DNA of 64,000 bases, from assembly GCA_030390025.1 (NCBI GenBank), contig CM059431.1, positions 121,150,001-121,214,000 on the forward strand, written 5' to 3'. Both the position numbers and the translations under genes were made by a program. The notes beneath the pieces were generated by a model. The model ran no database searches. It saw only the letters and a program-made list of their open reading frames with translations, and was not told the DNA's origin. Below are positions 1-12,641 of the stretch, piece after piece. The number at the start of each line of letters is the position of its first letter. Positions within the stretch are counted from its first letter, which is position 1. Source of the stretch: Squalus acanthias. Taxonomy: Eukaryota.

Positions 1-1088
1 TATCAAATTTTCATGGACTATCTGCTGTTTACATCCACTTGTTAACAAATCATATATTTTACATGTGGTTTATAAACAGATAAATACTTTTGCCATTTCT
101 TCAAAAAGTATAACGATTCAGCTGTGATGACAGCAAACATCTCTCAATTTGTCCCTCAGTCTCCACAAAAAGTGTTTTGCTAGCCCTTGCAATAACTAAA
201 ACAGATGATTCCATCTCAACCTTTTCCTTTGAGCAGTAACTCAAATGCCTTTTTAAATGTTCCATACTGGAAGTAAAGAGCACAAATTGAAATACATCTT
301 TAACATTTACTGTCTGCTGCACTGATATGAAGCCAACACTCATGTTTAACTTCTGTACAGGAAAAATAGGTAAAACTATTGCTGGAAGGTATTATGTAAG
401 ATAGAAGTAGAGCATGATTTACAGAACTGATATATTAAGTGTATGTTTTATTTCTGTTCTGAAGCGAACAGTAAATTGTAAATTGTACTTTTGTTTTTAT
501 TTTTATTTCGCCCCAAACCGGAAAATACATATTGGCCAGGTTTCGCGTTAAGAATAACAATGAGGCTATCAGCACTCACCATTATTGTGGAATACATTGG
601 ACACAACTTCCAGAAGCTGCACATGCACAGTTAAACGTGGAAATCAGGAAGTTGCTGTCCGAGTTACCCTGCCCCGCCACAGCCTGTGCTCTACCGGTAC
701 CTCGCCGAGAGACTCGACATTCAAATTCATGTAAGGGCGTGAAGTTGCTGTACTTGCCCACTAGTTGCCCATTAAACAGCAGAAAAAGTTAGGGTTGGTG
801 CATTCAGGTGCAAGTGATTTTTTAATGGCATGATAAGTCATAATTACTGCCAAGCAACCTCTCTGGCACTGAAAATTGAATTTTACAAGTGTGGAGTCTC
901 ATTCCTTTAGAATTTAATTAGTGTTGGAGATTTAAAAAACTTTTTTTTCTTTTTTTACTTTTTCTTTCTGTCTCTTTTATCTCTCTCTCTTAATCCCATA
1001 TTTCTTTCCCTCTCTTTAGTTTGCTTTCTATGCATGATTTTACAATGAATTAAATATTCAAGTTTATACTTCCTGGTTTAGCATCTGC

Positions 1089-1980
1089 GGCCGGAATTTT
1101 CTGACATCCGTGTGGGCGGGAATGGAGGCGGGTTGGGAGGGAAATTTGAAATAACTTGGAGCAGGTCGGGAACCTGCCGTCATCCCACCCCCACGTGCCT
1201 TTCACTCGGGCACATTTGCCAGCGCGGCAGCGACCCGAACTGCAGAGGCAGCCAAACTAATTCAAATGATTATTAGGTACTTGACAGACTCTTAAGCATC
1301 TTTTTAACCCTACCTTTCAAATTTCCCTGGATGACCACGGGAATCATGCAGCTTGGCAACCACGTCTGTGTACCTGAGGCAGAAGTTCAGTGGCCATTGA
1401 TCCAGCTCATTAGTGCACAGCATGGAAAGCACAGTAAATACTGCCAACAGACACATGGGGGGGAATTGAGGCTTTTCCCCATTTTACGCCTGCAATTGCG
1501 GGCTTCCCGACAGCTGCGAACCTCGCCAGGGTCAGCGAGGTGACTAGTGGGTCTGCGGGGGTGAGAGGGGTCGAAATATTCAGCTGTAGAGGTGAGTGAT
1601 GGGTGCAAGTGTGGACAGGTAAGTATGAGAGGTGAGTGTAAAGTGTTGGAAAAAGTTTCTTTACCTTTGCTTCTTCCTGCAGGCTTCAACTGTTGAGGAT
1701 CCGAAGGTGCCTCATCTGAATGGCAGAGATGACAGAATGGCTGCTGCATTCTCAAATGCTGTAGCCATCTGCTTTCTACTGAGGAGAGAGGTCTTGGTGT
1801 TCCTTTGTGCAAGGGTTCACCTTATAACAGAGATTGTCAGTGTTTGACAGCAGGGCGGGCTTAACAAGGCCAATCAAGGGAAAATAGTGTGGGTTCGTCA
1901 TACGTCGCTAGGGGTGGGACTAGAACCCGGAAGGCAGCAGTCCCACCCCCAACTCATCTCGGCCTGGCAAAATCCAGCCC
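1089..1980. mobile_element. Non-autonomous PIF/Harbinger-type element
   Basis: Termini GGCCGGAATTTT ... AAAATCCAGCCC form an imperfect inverted repeat. 1855-1890 (gcgggcttaacaaggccaatcaagggaaaat) matches the Myb-side end of the elements at 31251-37135 and 60489-62254. Confidence 0.55.
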
Positions 1981-2163
1981 CTCGTTACTTTACTAAGGCA
2001 GGTGCTGTTGCTGAGTGCATTGTCAGCACCAATTTAGCTTTCTAGAGATTGCAACTCTTTTCAGCAAAGTCAGAATCCATTGTCACCTCATTGCTAGAAC
2101 CTATCACTTCATTGACAGATCGCTTCTGTCATCTCTACATGACTTGCCATCTATGATATAAGC

Positions 2164-3393
2164 ATGGGTGCCATTTATACTGTCTCACCTTGGTCCTCAG
2201 AATCGGACCTTGATGAACCCCAACACCAGCAGCACCAGGCACACCAGCAGCACCAACAACAACACCACCAATCTTCTCCTCAACAACCTGATGCTGCACA
2301 GGACAGAAGGCATCAGCGCAGGGCTGCACCGTGCCAGAAACGATACCCCCAACACAGGGTATACAGGCAGAGGATTAGCTTCCTCAACATGACTGAGCAG
2401 CAGTGCCAAAGAAAGCACAGGCTATCGCGACAGGTCATTGCAAACATTTGCACATTGCTGGAGGAAGACCTGCAGCCCAGAGGAGCGGGTGGACACCCGT
2501 TGCCAGTGGCTGTCAAAGTCACCTCAACTTCTTCGCATCAGGCTGCTTCCAGGGATCTGCAGCCGACATTGGCGGCATCTCACAGTCGGCCGCCCACAGA
2601 TGCATCACACAGGTCACCGATGCCCTGGTTGACTAATCCGCCAATTATATCAATTTTGCCACTGATGAAGCCAGTGTGACTGAGTGGGCACCCGGCTTTG
2701 CTGCTCTGGCTGGCTTCCCACGGGTGCAGGGCATCATCGACTGCACACATGTGGCCATCAGGGCACCCCATCATCACCCAGGAGTCTTTGTCAACCAATA
2801 GAATTCCACTCCCTCAATGTGCAGCTTGTCTCCAACCAAAGGAAGATCATCATGCATGTGTGCACCAAATTCCCTGGCAGCGGTCATGACTCTTTAGTCC
2901 TGCGCCAGTCCACCCTCCCTCAGCTCTTCACTCCTTCAAACAGACTTTCCGGCTGGCTGCTTGGAGACAAGGGCTATCCACTGAAGACATGGCTCATGAC
3001 ACTCTTGAGGAAGCCAAATACTGAGGCCGAGGAGAGATATAATGAAAGCCACATGTCCACCAGATGTGTCATAGAGCAGACAATAGGCATGCTGAGAATG
3101 CGTTTCAGATGCCTTGACAGATCTGGAGGAGCCCTTCCGTACGCACCAGCCAGAGTCTCCAGAATCATCGTAATCTGCTGTGCCTGTATACCATAGTGCA
3201 GCAGCGAGGATTAGCGCTGCATGAGGAGCAAGGCGCAGAACGCGCAGCCTCTTCAGAGGAGAAGGAGGAGGAGCATCAGCTGGAAGACAAGGAGGAGGAG
3301 CAGGAGGAACCTGTGGTCCAGATGCCACCAGCACCCGAGCACATTGCTGCCCGGGAGGCCAGGGATGTCCTCATCATGGCCAGATTTACTTAA
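2164..3393 (+). pseudogene. Degenerate Harbinger (HARBI1-like) DDE transposase
   Basis: Frameshifted ORF pieces read [76 protein letters not shown], followed by an acidic tail ending ARF. Contains several frameshifts and stops. Confidence 0.9.
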
Positions 3394-3689
3394 CTTCAGG
3401 CATTATACCCATATGGCTGTCATATGCTGCACCAGGCTCCCAACACCCCACAGCAACACCATAAAGCATCCTACAATGACCAGGCCATTCCTTTCACACT
3501 GATCACAATTGCTGGAGGTAACATTATGTCTCGCCATTCACTCCAACTCACTAAGCCACTTCCAAAGTTGCAGACACATTTGGCATGACCGGAAAGTGGT
3601 GAAAATAATTTTTTAAATCTGTGACATCACATTAACAGAAACTTCACACAAACAGTTATTAAAACACCCAAGTGCTTACACTTATGAAT

Positions 3690-3935
3690 CTACTTGCGTG
3701 CCATCTTTCTCTTACACATGCTTCTATAAGGTGCTACCCCTGTGGCTTCAGCAGAGGTAGAGGCAGTCTCCTCACTTCCCTGCTGCGACTGTTTAGACAC
3801 TTTTGGCGGACGTCCTCTGGGTCTTGGAGCTTGTGATGGCCTCGCCAAAGTCTGTTCCTCCTGCGCCTGTGCAGGGGCAGACTCGGCCATCGTGATTCTA
3901 GGAGGCGTGTGGGGCTCTGACTGAGGGGCAGGCAA
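3690..3935 (-). pseudogene. C-terminal remnant of the Harbinger partner (Myb/SANT-like) gene
   Basis: Convergent to the transposase. RPSQAPRPRGRPPK..QQGSEETASTSAEATGVAPYRS resembles the C-terminus of the intact partner at 28197-29176 (GPSRPRSGRGRPS..QQPSTSLAAATEVPLRRS). Confidence 0.65.
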
Positions 3936-4769
3936 CAGGAGAGGGCCTAATTGCAGTATTAGTGTGCTCCTAATGCTGATAATAGGCAGCAGTTGGGTTA
4001 ATATCTAAAAAATAACAGAACATAAATTTGGTTAAATATATTTTAATTACGAGTGGAGCTCCCGTGACATTGCACACAGTAAGTTGGAGAATCTGAGCCT
4101 CGAAATTCAACCGAGTAGCACCCGTTTTTTGGAGGCTAAATAGCCTCCTGAGCCTCGAATATGGTGAGCGCGAACCGTATGCTCATTGCGAGCCAGAAGT
4201 CATATTGGTAAAGCCCTAAAAATCGACTTGCACCTGAAAAAGGCGTTAGACTCTTTGCATATGCAAATAAGGGGCCTAATGATTTTTTGAGGCCTGCTCT
4301 ACAAGATTAGTTTGCTCTGAGGCAATTGGTGCCAGCTGCACTCAGGAAAACCTGATTTAGATGTGGCCTAACAGGTGGTCCTTTAAAATACGCATCCCTG
4401 AATGTGGAGTCGGGAAGAGCAGGAGTGCTCCTTCCGACCCCACATTCTAAGACGCCGGCCACTGCTAACCACTGCTCCCTACCCGATCGCAGTCGTTCCG
4501 CCCGCTGCCACCGCGACCGCCACCTCCCCCACCGCCATCGCTACCTCCCCCACCGCCACCACTACTTCGCCCCCTAGCCGCTGCTACCTCACCCCCAGCC
4601 ACTGCTACCTTCCAGCCTGATCACCCCACCCCCACCCCGGTCATTCCCCTTCCAGGTCCCCTTTAACCACTTACCTGAGAGCCGCTGCTGGTGTCCGAGT
4701 GGCTCGAACTAGCATTCCACTTTGTCGGTGAGCTGGATATATCCCTGCACCCACCCCCCAGCCCGGGCA

Positions 4770-5480
4770 CCCATACATGTTTCTTTTGCTCTCTCCATTT
4801 CTGTTTCTGTCTCTCTGTCTCTCTGCTCTTCGCCTTCTCTTCCTAAATCTTTTTGTTTCTCTCTCTGACCACTTCTGTTTTTCTCTCTGTCTATTTCTTT
4901 TCTTCCTTCCTTTCAGGTGGAAAGTGATGGATGGCGTCTTGTCTTGCGGTGAGGAAAGGAGCCACCGACAGTTGTTGGTTATATTTTCAGTGGAGGTTGT
5001 GGTGAAAATGTGGGACTCAAAGGCTCCCTTCCCATCCCCTCCTCCATTACTCATGTTTTCCTTGCCCCCTTTCTTCCTTACCCGTTCGCTTTCCCCTTCC
5101 TACCTTTCCCTCAGTCCCAATCAATCTCCTTCCTTCTTTCACTTTGAACTATTCTCGCAACCCCTTTATCCTCTCTTCCACCTTACTCCATTGTCATTTT
5201 CCTGACCCTTAACCCTTCATCTACTCCCGCTTACTCCACTCACTTCCTCTAAGGTGGTTGTGAGAATCCAGAGGTCCTCTTACCTCACCGTTATCCTCCT
5301 CTTCTCCTCCTACACTCTCTTCCTATTCATTTCCTTCAAAGAAAATGTTATTTCCTATTCATTTCCTATTCATTTCCTTCAAAATTCAACTTAGTTGTTT
5401 TTTATAATAAAGGGATCAAATTAGGATGAGGAAAGGCAAAGTTTATCTGCCTTTTTTTCTACCTGAGTCTCTCTCTATCT
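4770..5480. repeat. Polypyrimidine (CT-rich) low-complexity tract
   Basis: Long C/T-rich runs visible directly in the sequence. Confidence 0.7.
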
Positions 5481-5590
5481 CACAGCACCACAGTTTTTTT
5501 CTGACACATGAAAATACACTTAGAGGGAGATGCACAATGAGGTATTAGGTATAACTTTTCTGCAGTCTAATAATTTACTTAGAAAAATGT

Positions 5591-7786
5591 GAAACATAGA
5601 AACATAGAAACATAGAAGATAGGAGCAGGAGTAGGCCATTCGGCCCCTCGAGCCTGCTCCACCATTCGATGAGATCATGGCTGATCATCTAAACTCAGTA
5701 CCCTGTACCTGCCTTCTCCCCATATCCCTTGATACCTTTAGCTTTAAGAAATATATCTAACTCATCCTTGAATATATTTAATGACCTCGCCTCAACTACC
5801 TTCTGTGGTAGAGAATTCCACAGGTTCACCACTCTCTAGGTGAAGAAATTCTTCCTCATTTCTGTCCTAAATGGTTTACCCGTTATCCGTAGATTATGAC
5901 CCCTGGTTCTGGACTCTCCGGCCATCGGGAACATTCTTCCTGCATCTAGTTTGTCCAGACCTGTCAGAATTTTATATGTTTCGATGAGATCCCCTCTCAA
6001 TCTTCTATACTCCAGTGAGTATAAGCCCAATCGACCCAATCTCTCCTCATATGTCATTCCTGCCATCCCAGGTATCAGCCTTGTGAATCTTCGCTGAACT
6101 CCTTCCATGGCAAGAACATCCTTCCTCAGATATGGCGACCAAAACTGCACACAGTACTCAAGGTGTGGTCTCACCAAGGCCCTGTACAACTGCAGCAGGA
6201 CATCCCTGTTCCTATACTCAAACCCTTTCGCTATGAAGGCCAACATACCATTTGCCTTCTTCACCGCCTGCTGTACCTGCATGCTTACTTTCAGCAACTG
6301 GTGCACAAGGACACCCAGGTCTCGTTGCACTTCCCCTTCTCCCAATCTATTGCCATTCAGATAATAGTCTGCCTTTCTGTTTTTGACACCAAAGTGGATA
6401 ACCTCGCACTTATCCACGTTATATTGCATCTGCCACGCTTCTGCCCACTCACCCAACCTGTCCAGATCATCCTGGAGTTTCTCGCTATCCTCCTCGCTGC
6501 ACACACTCCCACCCAGCTTTGTGTCATCTGCAAACTTGGAGATATTACATTTAATTCCCTTATCTAGATCATTAATGTATATTGTGAATAGCTGGGGTCC
6601 AAGGACCGATCCCTGCGGTACCCCACTAGTCACTGCTTGCCACTCGGAAAAAGACCCATTAATTCCTACTCTCTGCTTTCTGTCCGCCAACCAGTTCTCT
6701 ATCCAAGTCAATACCTTGCCCCCAATCCCATGTGCCTTAACTTTACCCGCTAATCTCTTATGCGGGACCTTATCGAAAGCCTTTTGAAAGTCCAAATACA
6801 CCACATCTACTGGTTCTCCCTTATCTATTTTCCCAGTTACATCCTCAAAAAATTCCAGTAGATTAGTCAAGCACGATTTACCTTTTGTAAATCCATGTTG
6901 ACTTTGTCCGATCCTATCACTGTTTTTCAAATGCTCAGCTATTACATCCTTTATAATGGCCTCTAGCATTTTCCCCACTACCGATGTCAGGCTTACCGGT
7001 CTGTAATTCCCCGCTTTCTCTCTACCACCCTTTTTGAATAGTGGGGTAACATTAGCTACCCTCCAATCCATGGGTACAGTTCCAGATTCCATCGAATGTT
7101 GGAAGATGATCAGCAATGCATCTACTATTTCTAGGGCCACTTCCTTAAGTACCCTAGGATGTAGATTATCAGGCCCTGGGGATTTATCGGCCTTCAATAC
7201 CGTCAATTTCCCCAACACCATTTCCCTGCAAATACTGATTTCTTTCAGTTCCTCCCTTTCATCAGACCGTATGTTCTCCAACATCTCTGGGAGGTTATTT
7301 GTGTCCTCCTTTGTGAAGACAGAACCAAAATATGCATTTAATTGGGCTGCCATTTCTTTGTTCCCCATTATAACTTCCCCCGCTTCTGACTGCAAGTGAC
7401 CTACACTTGATTTCACTAATCTTTTTCTCTTCACATATCTATAAAAGCTCTTACAGTCAGTTTTTATGTTCCCAGCAAGCTTACTTTCATATTCTATTTT
7501 CCCCTTCTTAATGAATCCCTTTGTCCTCCTTTGTTGAATCCTAAACTGCTCCCAATCCTCAGGGCTACCGCTTTTTCTGGCCAATTTATATGCCAACTCC
7601 TTGGATCTTATGCTATCCCTAATTTCCCTTGTTAGCCACGGTTGAGTCACCCTTTTTGTTTTATTCTTATGCCACACTGGGATGTACAAATTCTGTAGTT
7701 CATCCATGCAGTCTTTGAATGTTTGCCATTGCCTATCCACCGTCACCCCCTTGAGTGACATTCCCCAATCAATCCTACCCAACACT
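5591..7786 (-). mobile_element. 5'-truncated CR1 LINE, young copy with an open 651-aa RT frame
   Basis: ORF 5836-7791 has [44 protein letters not shown] and [14 protein letters not shown] stop falls just before the normal C-terminus (FFT* versus FFTQRV in other copies). The 3' tail is (CTATGTTT)n at 5591-5617. Confidence 0.97.
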
Positions 7787-8822
7787 GACAATTCCCAAAG
7801 GAGTTGCTAGTAACTTTCCAGAATTTTGAAACTAATAAATCAATTTAATGCTTTTGCATTTCTAAGACTACTATGCTTCTGGATCCCAAATCTGAGATCC
7901 ACTTAAATTCCATTTCTCTGAAATTACCCTGCTGCCGCATACACTCTACATATCCTTCACCCATCTTCTCATATTTCCAAGATCTCTTGTGCATGATCCA
8001 AATCCCCAGCTTTCTGAGAGCTCTCACCCTTGTCTCTTTTGCAGAGTTGCCCCCTTCAATCTATCTGTCCCCTATTCTTTCCCTTAATCTGCCTCCAATC
8101 CCCCACAAAACTTCAATTGTAATGCCCTAATGTGCTAGAAAATAACAATGAATGAATCTGTTAAATATTTTTCATTGCAAGGCAATCACAATTCATTTGT
8201 GACTCGATGTGAAATCATTCAGAAATGCTAATGTTGCTTACATGATGAGGAAATAAAGCTCTGTGTCTGGCAGGGCCTACTCTGTGGGAGCCATTGCTGA
8301 GCATTAGGCTGGGTTTATGGTGTGAGAGTTGCTAGGCCAAATGTTGTGCAGGGGAATTTATTCCTAAAATAAAGAAAATTAAAGAGATATTAAATCAAAT
8401 TAAATAGAAGAAAGTTACACCTAGGAGTGGAGTACAAATGAAGACCTGTTCAATGCAGTTTGTGCCCTTTGTGTTTCTTTGTGGGCGTTCTGGCGTCTCT
8501 ACATCTTTGTGCTATAAATTGAGTTGCAGGATTGTGCAGGTAATTTCTCGGCATTTTTATTCATAGGAGCATATGATAATACACTCAGAATTCACAACAG
8601 GGTATATTGAGCATTCCTGTCCTCTCAACAGGCAGTCACATTTGAAAGGAGAACCAGCACTACAGTGTGGTAGACTTATCACCAACCTATGCTCCCTTCA
8701 AGAATGGCTTCTGTCTAGGAGCACATTTATCACTATATTTATCCTAAAAGTTGAAGCAACGCTTGGTGGGAGGTGTTATGACAGCTGTTTCCTGGTGAAT
8801 TTTCTTTTGCTGCAATGTAAGT

Positions 8823-9680
8823 TGTTAAGCAACCTCCTTTCTCCTCTGGTTCACAACAGCATGTTTTGAGTAAGCGCGAGACTGCGTAGTGGAGTATACG
8901 GAACTGACTTTATTGATGCACAGTAGAGGTGATCAGTCTTAACTGCATACAGAGAGTGGATATTCAGTTTCTGTATCTTTCGAGCCCACTCTGATAAACT
9001 GTTGAAAACCATGCTGCTTTATACCCCATATTTTAACTACATCAAAGGAAAATGTCAAAATGACGTATCTATTGCCCAGATCCTCTGAAAACAGGCTATC
9101 TATGTAAACAACAGAAAATGCTGGAAAAACTCAGCAGGCCAGGCAGCATCCGTGGAGAGAGAAACAGAGTTAACGTTTCAGGTCTTCGAAGACCTGAAAC
9201 GTTAACTCTGTTTCTCTCTCCATGGATGCTGCCTGGCCTGCTGAGTTTATCCAGCATTTTCTGTTGTTATTTCAGATTTCCAGCATCCGCAGTATTTTGC
9301 TATCGTATCTATGTAAACAGTTTGCAATTGTTTACCTCAGAACCACTTCCCTTAAACAAGACTTCCTTTACCTAATGTTATCTTCAGCAAAAGGACTTGG
9401 CACCCCTGTTTTATTACCCTAAAACTAAACCACACATTACTAACACTGATTCCCTTACACAAGCACTTTACATTTCAGAAAACAAGCAATGCCTTCTCCT
9501 CACGACACTTCAAAGTTATCCTGTTTTTATCGGAAAGCCTGACAATGCATTCCTTTTACGACACTTCACTGTCATCCTGTGTATATCGGAAAGCCTGTTG
9601 CTTTAAGATACAGAGAAGTTCGACTGGTTACCCTTAACTCCCCAAGATGTCCAACATACATCTCTCCCGGATGTCTAACA
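8823..9680 (-). mobile_element. Solo LTR with 5-bp TSD, interrupted by a Penelope fragment
   Basis: Termini TGTTA...TAACA, flanked by TAAGT on both sides (8818-8822 and 9681-9685). Minus strand shows AATAAA at ~8910 and a TATAAAG box at ~9020 in the expected order. Confidence 0.7.
9111..9305. mobile_element. Penelope-like 3'-end (pseudo-LTR) fragment with inverted 5' copy, forming a palindrome
   Basis: 14-bp TSD TATCTATGTAAACA (9097-9110 and 9306-9319). Sequence matches the Penelope ends at 31441-31570 and 35417-35510. Inverted repeat 9107-9268 is centred on TTCGAA. Confidence 0.88.
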
Positions 9681-10479
9681 TAAGTTTTTTGGTGGATGTG
9701 ATTGGGAAGAAAGACTATGATTAGTGAATAACAGCCCAGAAGAACCAAAATCAGTAATTAGAAATGGGGGAGACAATGAGACTTAAGTCATGAGAATAAA
9801 GAAAAAAAATAACCAATGAGGAAGAAGACTGATGCACATTCGATGGTTGTAACAGAGATTGCAGATATGACATTTTATTATCAATATATAGCTTTGCTAT
9901 CATCAATTCAACCATTCAATACCTTTAGTCATACCATTATTGTGTATTTCTATATGTATTTCCATTTCAATTTTTTTTTGTATTTTGTTAGCCAATAAGA
10001 AAAAGAACTAGGTAACTGATAAAGTAAGATGATTCCTTACGTAAGATCAGTGACAGGGGTTTTTGGGAGGAAACATGTTAGTAATGGCTAGTGAATTTTA
10101 TATTTTATTAACCACTTGATTCCTTGAGTATTAATTTCTTAAATTTATTTAGCTCAAAACAATTTTAATGTGATGATTGAGATGTCATCCAAAATAATAT
10201 ACTGCCCAAGATTAATATCATTTGATGTTCACACAGATATAGTTGAGAATGCCATAAATTCCAGCATCATTTCATCTTTTATAAAAGTTTTCACTCCATT
10301 TCACATTTCATTGATCTTGAGCAGTTTGTTATGCTTTAGTGGAAGGAAAGTAACTCAATTAAGACAAATGAAAGGCTTGCATCTATGGAGTACTGCATCA
10401 TGTCAAAACCTCTCAGCTTGCTTCTTCACACAATGAAATAATTTTGGAGTATTAAGCCTAACTTTTCTGAGTAGGCAAC

Positions 10480-12620
10480 ATCGACGAGGAACACACCCAC
10501 CACCAGTGCAGATCATTTCCTTGCCATTAATAATCCACAGAAGTTAATCAACCATGCAACTGGATGTTAGAAGACCCCAAGTAAAATTAAAGGGAACAAA
10601 TGCCGAAACAAGGAAACATTTAGTCAAGAAAACTAGATGAAGCAAGTGCTCCAACAAGAGCAGAAAAAGCCATGGAATGTATATGATTCCTGCAGAATTC
10701 TTGAAACTGCAAGGCTTTCAAAATTACCTTTTACGGCTGTCTAACTATATTTTCATTAACTATAAGGAACCGGAAGAATTCTTCAAAAGTTGTGTCATAC
10801 CACGACCAAAGAAAGGAAATTTAAGCCTCAAAATTAACTACAGGAGAATATCATTTACATCAACAGCTGCACAAATTGACAACAGACTGTTGTTGAATAA
10901 ATGTCATCCACCAATAGAGAAACACTTGAGATGGAACCAGAATGACTTCAGAAAAGGAAGGTCAACAATTGGTCACGTACTAGCTTTGAAAAGTGGAAGA
11001 AAATGGACTATCCTGTGTCATTTCATTTATGGATTTTAAGAAGGTCTTTAACACCATACATCACAGTCAAATGTTCAAAAGTTTGAAGGCATATAGAATT
11101 CCACATAAAATCATCATACCCATCTCACTGATGTATGACAATACCACAGCAATAGAACAATCCCAGGATGTGCGGCACAGAGCCTTATCCGATTAAAGGA
11201 GGAGTTCTTCGAGGAGATACACTGGCTCTCTTTTTATTTATCATCATGCTAGACTATGTAATGAGGAAAGCCTCAGACTCAGAGGAACACAAATATGGTT
11301 GTGCTATCCAGTCAATAAGAAGGCGAAGATATCCAGCAAGAAAGATCATTGACTTTAATTTTGCAAATGCCATTGCTACCAGCAATGACACAGTAGAAGA
11401 TGGACAGAAGTTATTAAACAAGGTGGAAAAGGAAGCAGCATATGTTGGTCTACAAATGAATGGAGTGAAAAGGAAATGTATGGGGGGAGAAATTCAGTAT
11501 CGCCCCATTCGGGGCGCAATTATCGGCCGGGCGCAAAGATTAGCGCCTGGCGCTAATTATCGCCTCCGACTGCAAACTTGGCTTTTATCGGCCCTGGAGG
11601 TGATTGGAGCGCTAAATCAGGCGCTTCACAACTGTCTTAAGGCGCAAAGGCCGAGGAGCGAGGCGCTACCTCAGAGCGCTGGCGAAGCTCATGTGATGTC
11701 AGCCAGCAATGGAACACAGACACAATGGCACCGGCCATTTCTTAAAGGGGAGGGTTGATCTTGCTCTCCATCCACATCCTGCTCATTGCAGCCTTGAATC
11801 TTGGCCTGGAGAGACCTGTACATCAAATCTGCTGGAAAGAACAATGGAGAGGCCCAGGGAAAGAGCTCAGAGTGCAGCCCCCACAGTCTCTTCTAAATCG
11901 ATACAAGGAAGGGCAAATCAAAATGAACCTGCAAAGTGCTGCTCAGTACCCAAAACTCCTTCACACAGCGTTGAATCTCTCCAGAAGTCTCGCTCTCTCA
12001 CTCTCAGAATGCGTGGTGCAAAAATGTCACCAACAAAAAATGCTAGGAAGTGGTCGCCTTTAAATAGCGCTCCCCCAGTCCCTTCCTGACTGCAAAACGC
12101 TCCCCTCAACCTGTCGTTGCTAGCGGCAGGTGGTAAGGCAGGGGGCGCCACTCAATATCCGGTCCGGGGCGCTACCGGGGCGTTGCGCACTCAACTGACA
12201 TCACGATCTGCCGGCGCAGGAGATCGTGGCGGTAGTGTTTAGCGCTGCCGCAAAATGTCTAGTTAATTTTGTGAGCGGCGCAAACATCGCCGTGCACAGG
12301 CGCTAGTTGCTTTGCGCCCCATTAGCGCCCTCTTAAGGTGCTAACGGGAGGCGCAAACCAACTGAATTTCCCCCCCATGATGTTAAACATCAACAAAGAA
12401 ACAAGAGAATTGAGAATTGTGCAAAATGAAATCAACCACTTTAACTACTTGGGTTTATGGATTAGCACAACAAAAAAGGATATAAACTCCAGATATAAGT
12501 GAGGCCTGGTCAGCTTGCAATCAAATTAATACAGTCTGCAAATGCAAAATACTGGGCAGGAAAGATATAATCAAGATATTCAGAAGCACATTGGAGTCAG
12601 TGTTGACACTGGGATATTTA
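10480..12620 (+). mobile_element. Decayed RTE-clade LINE (RT region), interrupted by a Harbinger derivative
   Basis: Frameshifted RT motifs: IPRPKKGNL..NYRRISFTS, QNDFRKGRST, FMDFKKVFNTIH, GVLRGDTLALFLFIIMLDYVMR, FANAIA (degenerate FADD), VGLQMN. Continues after 12376 with HFNYLGLWI. Confidence 0.8.
11483..12376 (+). mobile_element. Internal-deletion derivative of the Harbinger family at 26942-31135
   Basis: TIRs GGGGGAGAAATT / AATTTCCCCCCC with 3-bp TSD ATG. The left ~390 bp aligns to 26942-27325, including the MER..RERA start of the Myb gene. The right ~400 bp aligns to 30730-31135. Confidence 0.9.
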
Positions 12621-12641
12621 CTGAAAACTGGGAAATAAACT

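Noticed and set aside
101..343. 80-aa minus-strand ORF as a host gene
   Set aside because: No recognisable domain and no convincing splice or start context.
4671..5205. Hydrophobic or basic ORFs (127 aa and 142 aa)
   Set aside because: Translations of a CT-rich low-complexity tract.
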